Shown here piece by piece: positions 39,180-52,177 of a DNA stretch of 64,000 nucleotides. Under the pieces are notes generated by a model. The model had not been told where the DNA came from. It did not search any database and saw nothing but the letters and a program-made list of their open reading frames with translations. The stretch is from positions 374,740-438,739 of the forward strand of contig NW_018404512.1 in assembly GCF_002113885.1 (NCBI RefSeq), given 5' to 3'. The DNA is from Mizuhopecten yessoensis (Eukaryota). The translations under genes were made by a program, and so were the position numbers. Each line of letters opens with the position of its first letter. Within the stretch, counting starts at the first letter, position 1.

Positions 39180-42100
39180 ATGTGGAGGTGGCTCAGTGGA
39201 ATTCCCAGAGGTAAGTAAACTTTGGTTTGTGTTTTATTCCAGAAAAAGAGGATGAATTTCTTAAACGTTTTTTTTAAGGATATTTTCATCTTGAAGTAAG
39301 GTGTGTCACACTCGAGTAAAAAACATAACAAAACATCCAAGGTGACCTGGATGGCCATGCTATTTACTTCCCTTATATCTAATCCTTTGGTTTTAAAATA
39401 TGTTTTTGAAGTCTAGACGAACTATTTCATTACTGTTTAAAATGGATACTAAAAATTGGTTCTATTGCTAGAATGTTAAATGATGGCCTTGGAAGTCCCA
39501 AGTTCTACTGCAACAGCACTATGATATTCTTGCACATTTGCGCTTCATTTCCACACAGAAATACGTACATGTACACGACTACTGTAACAGCTAGACACAA
39601 CTTTACTCCATTTAACAATCCTATACTACATTTATGTGTGTGTGCAAATTACAATACAGTTGTTGTCATCTGCACAGATTTGTTCAGATTGAACAAATAC
39701 CAATTGGCAAGTATCCAAGCTTCTAAGTATATACTTATATAGGGGTTTGTGTACACAGTAAAAAGTTCTTCGACCTAGATCTAGATAATACAGTCATAAT
39801 ATAGGGGCATATTACCCAATAGAACAACAATAATGATATTAATAATACTATTTATTCAGGTAAAAGGCAGATCATACACATATCACATTTTGCAGATTGG
39901 ACATAAATATAAATATTATTACAGATGTTATATATTTATAAGTTATTTATGCCATAAAACTGGATTGGATAAGATTAATTTAGGCCTTTACCTGGGATGA
40001 CCCAGAAAGCCAACTTGTGGCTTAACTCCAATGGGGTCCCTTAGATCTAAATAAATCAATCCAATTAACAACTTCTCCAATTTCCAAATTATTGCACATT
40101 TTTTGTTCATGTATATTTGGTTTCATGTTTCATTTTTATTTTTTATACTGACGTCACGCAGGGGTTGACAATAACTTTTAATAGGTGGTGGACCGCAGGT
40201 CCACCAGCTTTCTTGATCTTGTGGACTTGTTTAATTTCTGATGGACCTGAACAATATTCTTAGATATTAGCCCCACTGCAATATGGAGTTAGGGGATGGG
40301 AGGGAGATTAAGATATATTGTCAAAATTTTCCTAAAATTTCACCATATCATTATTATGGCAGTAGTTATTTTAAGTCCCCTACAGTCTTTACTTTTGATA
40401 TTTTGTTGTTTCCTTATCAGGAAATCGTGGACTAGTTACATTGATGAGGGACTAGTAAATAATCTATTTTACCAAACAAACAAAGTTTGTGTCTAACCAT
40501 GTTGTTTGTCTATTATATTTTCTATCCAAATTTTGTGGAGGTCAGCTGATGTATATATAAAAGTATCTCTGCTAACTTTGTTGATAGGCAAATATTTTCT
40601 GCACAACTGCTTTCGCTTTGAAAAGCTCACAGATGCAGTTATCACATTCGGAAGTTTTGTGCCTTCACTTTATTCAATCCACTTTGTGGTAGTAACAACG
40701 TGCCATTTCTGCTCTCAGATTTGGTTTATAGAGTATAATATTCGTCTAAAGAAGTACTAGTAGGCTCCTCCTTGTAGCTTTTTTGGCAGTTATATATACA
40801 GAACTTTAATTTGTACGTATAAGTTCAAACTGTTGCCCCTTTTCTGTTATGTATGTTGGAGTTTTAAGTTATTAAAAAGTGGCTAAAAGTTTAAATAAAT
40901 TGTTATCCCTATGGTAATTATATACTTGCACAAAAAATTAAATGAGGACAATTTAACTTGTGGGATGATTAAAATTTTAAAACTTGACTGGTTTTTTATG
41001 TTTAATTTTGAATTAGATACCTTTGACATATATACACTGTATTTTAACATTTTGTTACTTTTTACTGCAGCCCTCCGTCACCACCTGCATGGTCCCAGAG
41101 CCTCAGCTTCTGGTGTTTGTAAAGAAGACGAATTAGACGAAGCAAAGAAATGTGCAGAGAGCCGACGCCAGCAGTACAAAGCCCAATACCGGTACATGTC
41201 AACCTGTTGTTAAAAAGAGTGTTGTTCTGCTAGGAAGTAGATTATTATTGTATACATATATATTCATACACACAAGTTCATAATCTATCAGAGCAAATTA
41301 AATGCTAGAAGGAAGAGGTTACTGTTAATTGTTGACCTTGGTTACAATTAGTCTTGGTTACAATTAGTCTTCTTGTGTAATGTTCAGCTTCCAGTGAGCT
41401 AAAAGAGAAGCCCTCTTTCTGAGTCGGCAACAGCAAAATTATACCTTTTTGTGTAGTTTTTAAGTTGGTGAAATATACTGTAAATGGGTGGATGGCCAAT
41501 CTTTAAGCATACCTGTCCAAACAACAGTGTTCAGTTGCATATTTAATACATATACCCTAAATAAAGAAAGAAACAATGATGTTACAGGCTAGGAGCTGGG
41601 ACAAACCATCAGGAAAGTTCCCATGATGACAATCAATGGCAACAGGAGTCGGGGACTGACAAAGAGAAAGGCTACCGACACACACCTAATTTCTGGACAC
41701 TCTTTTGTGGACCAGGATCATGTGAGGCCTTTGGATGGGTGAGTGTCATCACACATTTTTACTGGATCATTTGTTTTCCCCAAGAATGGGAAAGGGAGAT
41801 AATCATACATTCTGGACTTAACATAAATTCAACTGAAGCTTTTATATACCTTCTTTTTCTGATCAAAGAACAAGATATTTAAAAAATATTTTAAAGTATT
41901 TTTCAAGTACAGTATTATAAGTAGTTGTATGTTAACTTTTATTCCCCATATGTAAATTGGCTTTATGTTTCTGTGATGATTGTTGATGTTACTGTGCTGT
42001 TTGTTATTACCATGGTGTTTGTTGGTGTCACTAGGGGACGATTGTGGTGGTTGGTCTACAGCTTACCAGGTACCACCTACTGATAGACAGATGGGAGAAA

Positions 42101-45100
42101 TCGAAGGACAAAGATAAGCACTCCCAATGTCTGCTCTTCAAGATATCAAGTGTGCTGCCCCAACCTTGCCTGTGTAAGAAATCTATCCTTGAAACAAATG
42201 AAACCCCTCCTTCAGATGGAAAGCGTACGAGCCCCGTGCCAGACCTGTATGAAAGATATGGGCCATTATTGAATTTTAGTACTCAAGACACCAAGGTATG
42301 TAGTGCTTGTCAGGCAATGGCAAGGTGAATCTTTGCATTGATCAAAGTCTATCCATGTGTTATAATCAGGTACATGTAATAAGTAACAGGTAGTAAGAGT
42401 TACAAAAATGTTTACTTTTAATAATACATAATAAATATCAATACCTTGCAATTTGAATTGTAGCTTTACTTTTAGAGGTGCACTTAACTTAAAGGTGAAT
42501 CAAGCAAAGGAAAATAGGTTCATGGAGAGTTTAGAATTATAATCAAAGCATTGGTGGAATCTGTTTCTGTTCCAGTGATATTTAACTTCTAATAACAAAA
42601 CTTTCCCAATCTCAATAAACTTTTTTCTCAAATGTCTATTCATATAGCCCATTGTTTTCCTACCTGTACCTTTACGGTACATATCCTATATTCATGACCT
42701 CTGCTATCTTCTGTGGTGTATTGTAATCTTCGTGCTGATATCCTCTTAGGATGTGGCTGTGAAGAAAGATGCTGGGGTTGTGGAGGAGGAAAAAGACAAG
42801 ACCACAAGAGGGTCTTCCTTTGATCCTTTAGAAACAGTAATGAAGGAGTTTGAAACAGTTTGTCGTACATATGCAGCCGTTGGACAAAATATTGCTGGGC
42901 TTAAGAAAGCTTTGGCAGGTCAGCTGACCGAGGCTGCCAATCACTGGGCAGAAGCTAGTAGCTCAGCGTACGGCAAGGCAAGCTTCAATCTGGGTCTGTG
43001 TTACGAGACAGGGCGTGGGGTAAAGAAAAACATGAAACAGGTGAATATTTCTGAGGTTATGATACTACTCTAAATTTTAGTTCGATATGAAAGATCTATT
43101 TTTCATATCATAATGTGTTAATGATGTCATTGTTGTGTTGGAAAATGTTTTGTTTGTTTTTGGGTTACATTTAAATTGCATGTTTTTCAGGTGTCACTGA
43201 ATTACGAATGTACTGTTGTTGATGACATTATCTTCTGTGTTGTGTCAGTTGTTTAGCTGTGTACAGATGTGTGTAGGTATTTGTACATTTGGGCAAATCC
43301 GAAATATTTGAAGTTAATAATTTCACGCTGAATGCATACATCTGCAAATTAGCAGGGATTATTACTCAAAATAACTATATCTCTAAATATGATATATACA
43401 GCTTAAATGAATGGTTTTAATGTCTCAAATAATGCACTATAATAGTTCCCGATAATCTATGTTTAATCTGACATTGACCTGATTGGCTGTTTGTGAGTTG
43501 GGTCTAGACAACATATGCTTGCAGTGTAAATTTACATCTGATGACTGAGTACAGAATAAAAGAAATAAACAATTGTAGCAGTCATAGCTGTAAGGATTCA
43601 AACTAAAGCAGTATATGTTGTTTCAACAAGTTTAAATTTTTACTTTTAAAAGGTAGTTTGTTCAAAAGAGAAATAATGACTCCATTAATCAGCTGTGAAT
43701 ATTTGCAACACATTTTGGAAAATCAACATCTTCTTTTTTTTTAGCCCAGAAACATTTATTAATGCTTTACATCTGTGCTTAATTAGCCCAATAGTGTTCA
43801 GGTTAGTTTAACATTATCACTGAAATTGAAAATCTACATTCCCTATCACATTAACTGTACAAATGTGTATGCAGGCTGTTAAACTGTACGAGCGAGCAGT
43901 GAAGGAGAACCACCCTCAGGCCATGTACAACCTAGCCCTACTCTATCTTGGGGAGGAAGAAGGACTGACATCGCCTAAATACGGTCTTCAACTCATGGAG
44001 AAGGCTGCAGAGCTTGGACTGGCACAGGTAGGACCCGGTCTCTCACTACCACACAAAACAAGAACCAGTGTGTCGGGCTTGACATATGTTAAAAGAATAA
44101 TTCAAGTAGACAGACTTCATATCTTTAATTACCGGTATACATGTTTAGGGATATCCAGTTGAAACACTCTATCATCTACTTTTTAGTCCCCCATCGGTTC
44201 CCGAGGGAACTATAGGTTTGCACTCTGTCCGTCCTTCTGTCCAAGAAGTTTGTCTGTGGCATATATCTTCTATACTTTTTCACCTCGAGTAACCAGTTTT
44301 GGTGTAAAAGGACATCTTGGGATGGCAGAGTGAAAGATTTAGGTCACTGGGACCTTTGACCTTTACTTTTGATTTTTTTTGTCCGGGGCATATCTTCTAT
44401 ACTATTTCCCCTGGAGTAACCAGATTTGGTGTAAAAGGACACCTTGGGACGACAGAGTGCAAAAATTAGGTCACTGTGACCTATGAATTAACCTTTGACC
44501 TTTACTTTTGAAAAAGTTTGTCCGTGCATATCTTCTATACTATTTCACCTTGAGTAACCAGATTTGGTGTACAATGACATTTTTGGATAGTCAGTGTAGT
44601 TGTTCCAGTATGCACCACCCACCAGACTTAATATCCCAGTATCTGGCCCCACAAGTACAGCTATTGCAGTGTCTAGACACCTTCAGTGTGGTTGCCCCAG
44701 TGCTCGGTGGTGGCTTGACTAATGAGGCTTGACTAGATAGTGAAATGCAGCCTACAGCCACTCGCTTGACACAGAGTTCAATTCATTTTCTCTTTCTTTG
44801 GTGGGCGTGTTTTAAATTGTTATTTTTTTATATAACATGTACAATGGATGATTTACCTTGTTGATGTTCCAGGCCCAGACCTACATGGGAGTACACATCA
44901 TGGGGCAGAAACAGTCCTGTCTGGACAAGGCTGTCGCCTACTTCAGAGCTGCTGCTGGCCAGGATGTGAGTTACCTCCCTTCATTAGCAGTAGTTAATTA
45001 TACTATTCCATGCCTATTAAAAAACAAGAAGATGGAGTTTGACATTCATTCATTTCCACTTCCTTTTCACCCTTATACTGCTGAGGTTTCTTTCTGACCA

Positions 45101-46687
45101 CCTGTCTGTGATGACCCCTCTGGCTTGACAAAAAGATGATTTCCTGTCAGTTACTACACACAAATCTCATTAGTTTAAGTCTGAGACAGGTAGTTAGGAA
45201 ATCCAGGGACCTAATGGCATACTGCTTATGTTCAGTGCTGTTGCAAGGGTAATGCTATTGTTTAATTTATGTCAAACATAGTGCGTCTATATTTAGCAGT
45301 GACTGGGCCCCATTTTGTAATGTCAATATTTGACTCCAATAATAATTGTGATGCATTTGTTTGGCTCTCAGATCTTAAAGTGTATTTCTAGGTTTTTAGC
45401 ATTTGGCTGGAATAGTATGTTTAGCATTGAGATGAAATAGCATTATGTTTAGTACTAGTTGTAAGGAAGTCTCTACTGTTACAGGACTCTGATGGAGAGT
45501 ACTTCCTGGCTCTGTGCTACGAGCAGGGACTTGGAGTGGAGGAGAACAAGTGCCGTGCGGCAGACCTGTACAGCCAGGCTGCTACCAAGGGACATGATGG
45601 TGCCATCTACAATCTAGCATTCTTCCATGAACATGGACTAGGAGGTAGGATTTTAATTTTTGTTATTGCGTCTTGCTTTTCCTACCTCATTTATAGTAAA
45701 ATAGAGATATTTTGCTATCAACTTCTAAACATTCAATGTTAATGTGAAGGAATTTAAAGAAACGGAAATCTAATAGACCTCTTATTTAGGAGACATTCTC
45801 TATTACTTCGGCAAAGGTAAAGTATTTCATAAAAATAAAAATAAACGTTTGTTGGTTAACAGGACTACCAGAGGATCAAGTCACGGCCATGACCTTATAT
45901 AGGAAAGCTGCCAATGCAGGAAATGAGAGTGCTCTCTACCGTCTTGAGGGTCCACGTCGCCCAACCTTTCCCAACTGGAAAGGCAAGTTGTTTATTTGCT
46001 TTGTCGATGAAAAGATTAAAAAGCTAAAAATGAACTGAATCTTTTTCAATAGTAAACTTCATTCATCTATTTAAAGTTTGTTGTTTATTTGTAAAAGTAT
46101 TGTTTGAACTAACACTAAAATTTGTCATGTAAAAAACTGGTTATGAACAGGTACAGCTGTCAAGCTTTGGGTAGAGAAGGAATGATAAAACTGATCCTAG
46201 CAATGGTGTTGGGGAATCCTTTGGTAAAATGGTCTTTTTTCTCCATCACACAGAACAATACATGTATGACTTTGTTGAGGAGCCACAGCTAGAGGTACGA
46301 GTCCCCATGTCCATCCAGGAAAAGCCACCAGCGGTGAAGGTACAGCCTGTTGTACAGGTTCCATCATCTTTCTCCTCTCCCTCCCTCACCGACTATGTAC
46401 GCAAACACCTAGAAGATCTAGATGTGAAAAATGATGTGTTACAGCTCGATGTAGCCTCAATGTCAGTCCTGGAGCCTAAATTTGGAAAGTCCAAGAAACC
46501 AGCTTTCAGAAAGGATAAAGTATTCTTTACTCTAGGAGCCAGTGATTCTAGTGAAGCTGGTGGCCCCTTTTGGGCAGACATTGATGATATGTGGGAGGAA
46601 AATGTGATAAATGACAAAACTCACTTTTCTGCCTTGTTACAAAGAAACAATACTATGCCTGATGTGAGGTCTGTTACCTGCTCTTAA
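39180..46687 (+). CDS. DELE1: DELE1 (death ligand signal enhancer), mitochondrial SEL1/TPR stress relay, 10 exons, about 604 aa
   Basis: Exons 39180-39210, 41071-41191, 41588-41738, 42035-42295, 42750-43040, 43875-44027, 44873-44965, 45485-45644, 45863-45982 and 46254-46687 are phase-compatible (1815 nt). [12 protein letters not shown] presequence, [16 protein letters not shown] segment, SEL1 repeats ([54 protein letters not shown]) and SFSSPSL motif. Confidence 0.88.
44180..44595 (+). mobile_element. Helentron-associated non-autonomous element (HINE/DINE-like) fragment
   Basis: tttttagtccc start, ctgtccgtcc microsatellite, and about 130-bp core repeats containing ggtcactg.gacctttgacct. Confidence 0.55.
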
Positions 46688-48057
46688 TGTCATGGGAACA
46701 TTAGACACCTAATTCTTCTGTTTCATTCGAATGTCATTTATCAACATATCACTCTATGTATGTTAAGTTCAATAAGTTGTGTGTATGAACATTGATGACT
46801 TTTCATGAACATAGGGCAGACCACTTTGTGTTGCAGGAAAGTTATACATAAACCAAGCAGTACTCCATAACATATAACACAGCAATTAAGCTTCTAGCCC
46901 TAAGGTGGGCAGGCTGTTTATTTGGCAGAACTGTACACAATTTTTCAAACAGTTTAACCTTCATTTGACCGCTTCATATTTGATTATTTGATATTAAAGA
47001 ATAGATATTATTAAATGATTGTTCATATTGCGTCTTAAAACTGACCAAAACACTGATGGGATTACAGTTATTTTGATATTCTGTACTTTTTGCCTAATAC
47101 ATACGGTACTACTGGTTTAGGTACAACTTAGTTCTATCACAAAGAAATGAAATGTTCAATTGTTCTAAATGGTTGAGAGCAAATCATGAGTCAACAACAT
47201 TAAGAGTTGTGGATTAACTATATATATATATTTCACAGGCAAATAAGCCCAAGAACTAAAATGGAACATTGTTACTGATTGTCTATAAACATGTGTTCCA
47301 ATAGGGAACACAATCATATTAACAAACTTTAAAGTCAATCTTACTAACATTGTTACTGTTTTGTAGTCTACATATTTTTGAGAAATCCATAGAATATACC
47401 TTTAAAAGTGCCATCCTGTCAATATTATTATATAAGACCAAAATGATATGAATGTGTAGATGAGAAAATACTGCTGTTAGCTGTATCGGTAATATATTAC
47501 TGCTAATTAACAATTACTTAAACCGGATGTAAGTGATTGGTTTCAATATGTAGATAAGATGTAAAAGAGTGTCCGTCTTCTTGTCGACAACACATTGAGA
47601 CTTTTGTTTTTTAAACCATCAGAAAAAATAAGTCTTATTTTGTGGTTATGTTTATTGTGATCACTTGAAGAAAGATCAGAGGAGACACACATTTTCTTTT
47701 CAATTTCGATAGAAAAGGAAATATTTGATAGACCTCTAAAAGAGTGATTAAGAAACGAAGACTGACAATGTTTACATTGTATGTGGCCTACATAGTGATG
47801 TGTACATTGTTTATCGACTCCATAGCGATGTGTACATTGTTAATCGACTCCATAGCAATGTGGAGCTTGGTATGGCATTCATAGTAATGTGCTTGTATTC
47901 TTTAAGAACAATTTTGTTATTTGCCTTCAGTCATATCTTTGCTAAGAATTTTCTTTATGATTTTCCCTTATACCTGTCAAAACCAAAACTCCTGATGGGA
48001 ACCTATACTTCTCATTTAAGACAGATCACTGCAGTGGAATGAGCAAGATAACTTATA

Positions 48058-48490
48058 ATTAATGGATAGTATGATCACAAGATTTTCTCCCACCCTTCAC
48101 AGGTTTGTCTCCCGTTTTAGACGGGAAAGATCAGCTTGTCACCCCCTAGGGGGAGATAGCCTCGTGCCGATTCGCACATGTTTAATTGTGACGCCATTAA
48201 AATATGTCATCGGTAAATTGTGACGTCATCAAAAGTGAATGACGATAGGCATACCCCACATGTGTTTTTGTTTACAAATATGGCAGACTACTGTCGGTGG
48301 AGCTGTGACGGAAATAATAGGATGGGAGAAAAAGAATCATCCTCTACCTTGAGGGTCTAACAGAAATCTCCAACCCTCGGGGTGATTTTTTTGGTAGTCT
48401 AACCCTCGGGTTAGACAACCAAAAAAACATCACCCTCGGGTAGGAGATTTCTGTCACACCCTCAAGCAAGGTAGGGGAAGATTCTATTAA
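48058..48490. mobile_element. Unclassified non-autonomous repeat with internal palindromes
   Basis: Palindrome tcccgttttagacggga, inverted ttttctccca / tgggagaaaa, three accctcggg copies, and GC-richer than the flanks. Confidence 0.35.
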
Positions 48491-49752
48491 TCTTAAATTT
48501 AAATGACTGCTAAACACCCACCATTTCTGTCTTGTGCCTATGGACTTCACTGTATATCATTATTGTGTTGTATTAAGTCATTGTTAGGTGCAGATCCAGA
48601 ATTTTCAATCAGTGGTGCACATTCACAGGTTCTTAATGTGAATATAGTGTTGGGCACCAATTTCTTTACATCAAATTGATGGTTAAAAGTTAAAAAAAAA
48701 ATAACCTCAGTTTTGTAAGAGGAATACCTACAATTTCATCTTCATCTGATTGTTCAAGCAACATCATTAATCATAAATCAGCCTTGAAGCAAATAGTTTT
48801 TCTGTAGGTTAAACCTGAAAAAAGCAAAGTCGCATTTACACTGATGTTTTGCATAAATGAATGTAAATATTATGTATATAAAATATGTAAGGTTTTCATA
48901 AGAACCTATTTTCTACATGCTTGCAAGTATTCACATATACTGCTACTACGCTCTTTGTAGAAAGTATCAGAATGATTGTTGAAAGGCTTCTTGTGATCAT
49001 GAATTACAATATTATATTTTTGCAGTGTTACAAATTCCTTTGAAATGACTGGTCAATAATGTGTTAGCTGTACATGTGTGCTTATTCTCACAGCGTAATT
49101 TGCTAAAGTCCCAATAAGTTGTCTCTTGGATTAGGTCGGAACAAGTGTTTACTTAAGGTTATGGTATCTTTGACATAATTACAGCAGAAATTATAATTGA
49201 AAAGTTGTATTTAATGCACCATATCATTATTGTGTTTTATTGAGTTAAATAAAAAATATGTTAAAAAAAATAATTCTGTATTCTTCACCATGGCATGCAT
49301 ATTATATCTGTATTTGGAGCATTTAAATCCAATATCCCGATCAGTCTGTATTCAGGGACTTACATTTTACTTAATTTTTACAGTGGAAGAGACTTGTTTT
49401 GTTAAGAGTGAGAGGCTCATGGTCAAAGAGACCATTCTTGTAATCACTCTGCAGAGCAGAAGAGATGTAGTAGAGAGAGAGAGGGACTGGTTTAGTCGAG
49501 AGAGAGAGAGATAGAGGTTTAGTCGAGAGAGAGACTGGTTTTGTCAAAAGTGTGAGGGTTTGTAAAACCTGTTATGTTATCACTATCTAAAGTGGGAGGG
49601 GTGCTTTTAAACAAGAATGGAATACATTTGTAGTCCAGAGTGTGAGGAACCTATTTAGTTAAGAATTGAAATGAATTGTTTTGGATTTTGTTTGTTATGC
49701 TTCAACATTATTAAAAACTTAAACTGTAAGTTTTGTGTATTTCTTTTATTTC

Positions 49753-50447
49753 TTTTTAGCCCACCATCATCTGATGGTGGGCTATTCAAAAACCCTGCGT
49801 CCGTGGTCCGTCCGTCCTTAAACAATTCTTGTTATCAGTATTTCTCAAAAAGTACCATAGGGATCTTTCTCAAATTTTATATGTAGGTTCCCCTTGGTCC
49901 TTAGCTGTGCAGGGCAATTTTAGAGACTGATCGGATAAACAACATGGCCGACAGGCAGTCATCTTAGATTTTGATATTGAAAGTTTGTTATCGCTATTTC
50001 TCAAGAAGTACCAGAGGGATCTTTCTCAAATTTTATTTGTAGGTTCCCCATGGTCCTTAGCTGTGCAGGGCAATTTTTGAGATCTTTCTCAAATTTTAAA
50101 TGTAGGTTCCCCTTGATCCCTCGTTGTGTATGTTATATTTTGAGACTGATCATAAAAACAAAATGGATTAAAAGAAGAACAAAACATCTTTCTCATATTG
50201 CAATGATCAATTCTATTTCTTTCATATTAAGTACTGTACTAGTAAATATGTGAAATGACAACTCTTTGAAGGTTGGCTTTCATACACATCAGTATTAAGT
50301 TTAGATCAAAAGTTACCTCGAGGTGCATTTACTGTTAACATGACTCGATCAAACAGATTAGAGGGAAGAAGAGAAAAGATCGAACTGACAAAGAACTAAT
50401 GAAGATGGGACAAAGGTCGGCGCCAAGATCCCTCTGGGATCTCTTGT
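49753..50447 (+). mobile_element. Helentron-associated non-autonomous element (HINE-like), apparently full length
   Basis: T-run, then 5' palindrome agcccaccatc-atct-gatggtgggct, (gtcc) microsatellite, about 156-bp core repeats, and 3' hairpin agatccc-tct-gggatct. Confidence 0.65.
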
Positions 50448-50721
50448 ATTAAGATGAAAACACCTGGCCTCACAAAACCTCAGAATATGGCAGTTCAACA
50501 AAACATCTGCCATTAACTTTTACAAACATATTAAACTGTCAATTTAATACAGGAACTTTTCCTTTTGAAGATCCGATTGCTGAACTACTGGGAACTTGCT
50601 TATAAAATACTTTTAGCCTATAAAATAAAATTCATCTTAACATTTCATTTCATTTCAGATAAAATGAACCGAGCCTCCTCCACATAAGGTCACAACTACT
50701 CCATTATAATTTCGGAAAAGA

Positions 50722-51355
50722 TTTGTAGCCCACCATCTTCTGATGATGGGATATTCAAAATAACTTCATCTGTGGTCTGTCTTAACAAATTGTTACCACT
50801 ATTTCTCAGAAGGCACTGGAAGGATCGTTCTGAAATGTCACATGTATGTGAACGTTCCCGATGGAAACTAAGATGGCCAATAGGCGACAGTCTTGATCCT
50901 TGAGAGTTAAACTTTGACAGCAACATTATTCAGGAAGTGAACGTTTAATTTCCGAACCCGATTGGGAAAATAAGATAGCCATCGTGAATTTCGACAGTTC
51001 AAGTTTGCTTTTACAACATGTACACTGTATTTGTGAAAAAGTACTAGACAGATCTTTAGTTGATTTTCATTGGTGCTAAGTTGATTGTTTCAAATTGAGT
51101 CTGATCAGAAAAATAAAATTGCCACAGATAGCCATATTGGATTTTGATCATTCAAGTTATCACTTTTTCAGATTTTTCTCAAATTTCAAGTGTAAGTTCT
51201 TGTTACACAGAGCTGTGCTAGTAAAGAGCTCGTCCAACAACTTCACTCTCAAAGAACACTGTCATACACAGTAGTATGAAGTTTGATCAAAGTTACCACA
51301 AGGTGCATTTACTGATGGATCAATCTTACATAGAGCTCTCTCTGGCATCTCCCGT
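50722..51355 (+). mobile_element. Second, more decayed copy of the 49753 element
   Basis: tagcccaccatcttctgatgatgggatattcaaaa start; shares tcatacaca.cagta..aagtt..gatcaaagttacc..aggtgcatttactg near the 3' end. Confidence 0.55.
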
Positions 51356-52177
51356 TATATATACTTATTTGTTTTTGAACTCTATACAACAGTATTCAAA
51401 GGTTAAGTATATATGCAAAAAGAACTACATGTACATATATTAAATTTATTTTATACATTTTTAATATTCAATTTTGAAATAATTTATATTTCAAATAGCA
51501 CATTTCATGAATAGATGCTTAATTCCATAAGATGACATGGAATCCCAGTTTAACATGCACTGTCCACAAGTATCATTCACACAACGAGGTCTCTAACAGC
51601 CAGTCCCTTTGTCATCAACTAAATGACTGCATCAAAACACATTGTCCTGAAGAAAGCAGTAGCACAATGAATACAAAAGATATATAAAACAACAGAACAC
51701 TGCTTTTTGGTCAACAATCCTTCACCATGGCCAATTGTATCAACATAATGGTGACCAAACTCTGCACCTCATTCGCCGATCCTCACAATGCCGCGGTAAT
51801 TAAACGTGGAGTTGGTGTAAACTCTCACTAGAACCTGTAACAATGGCAGTAGTCCTGGAAACCATCACTAATTGCAACAGGTAGCATTTAAATGATGTAA
51901 TAACAAACTTGTTAACAATCTCACAATAAACCCTAATTGAAATACCACATTCTAACAAAACGCGGCACGTAATGGTTACCACAGTAACAGGTATGTGTTA
52001 TCATGAATGACTCAACAGATATTGTCTGTGAAACTGTGATGAATAGCACTTGTCAGAACTGATATGCAATGTCTTCCTGAAAGAAACATTTGCAGGAGGC
52101 AGTATATATTATTCATCAGAACACACCTGCAAAGCCTTCCTCAAAAATGGTCTCCATATGGTCATTTACAGGTTAAA

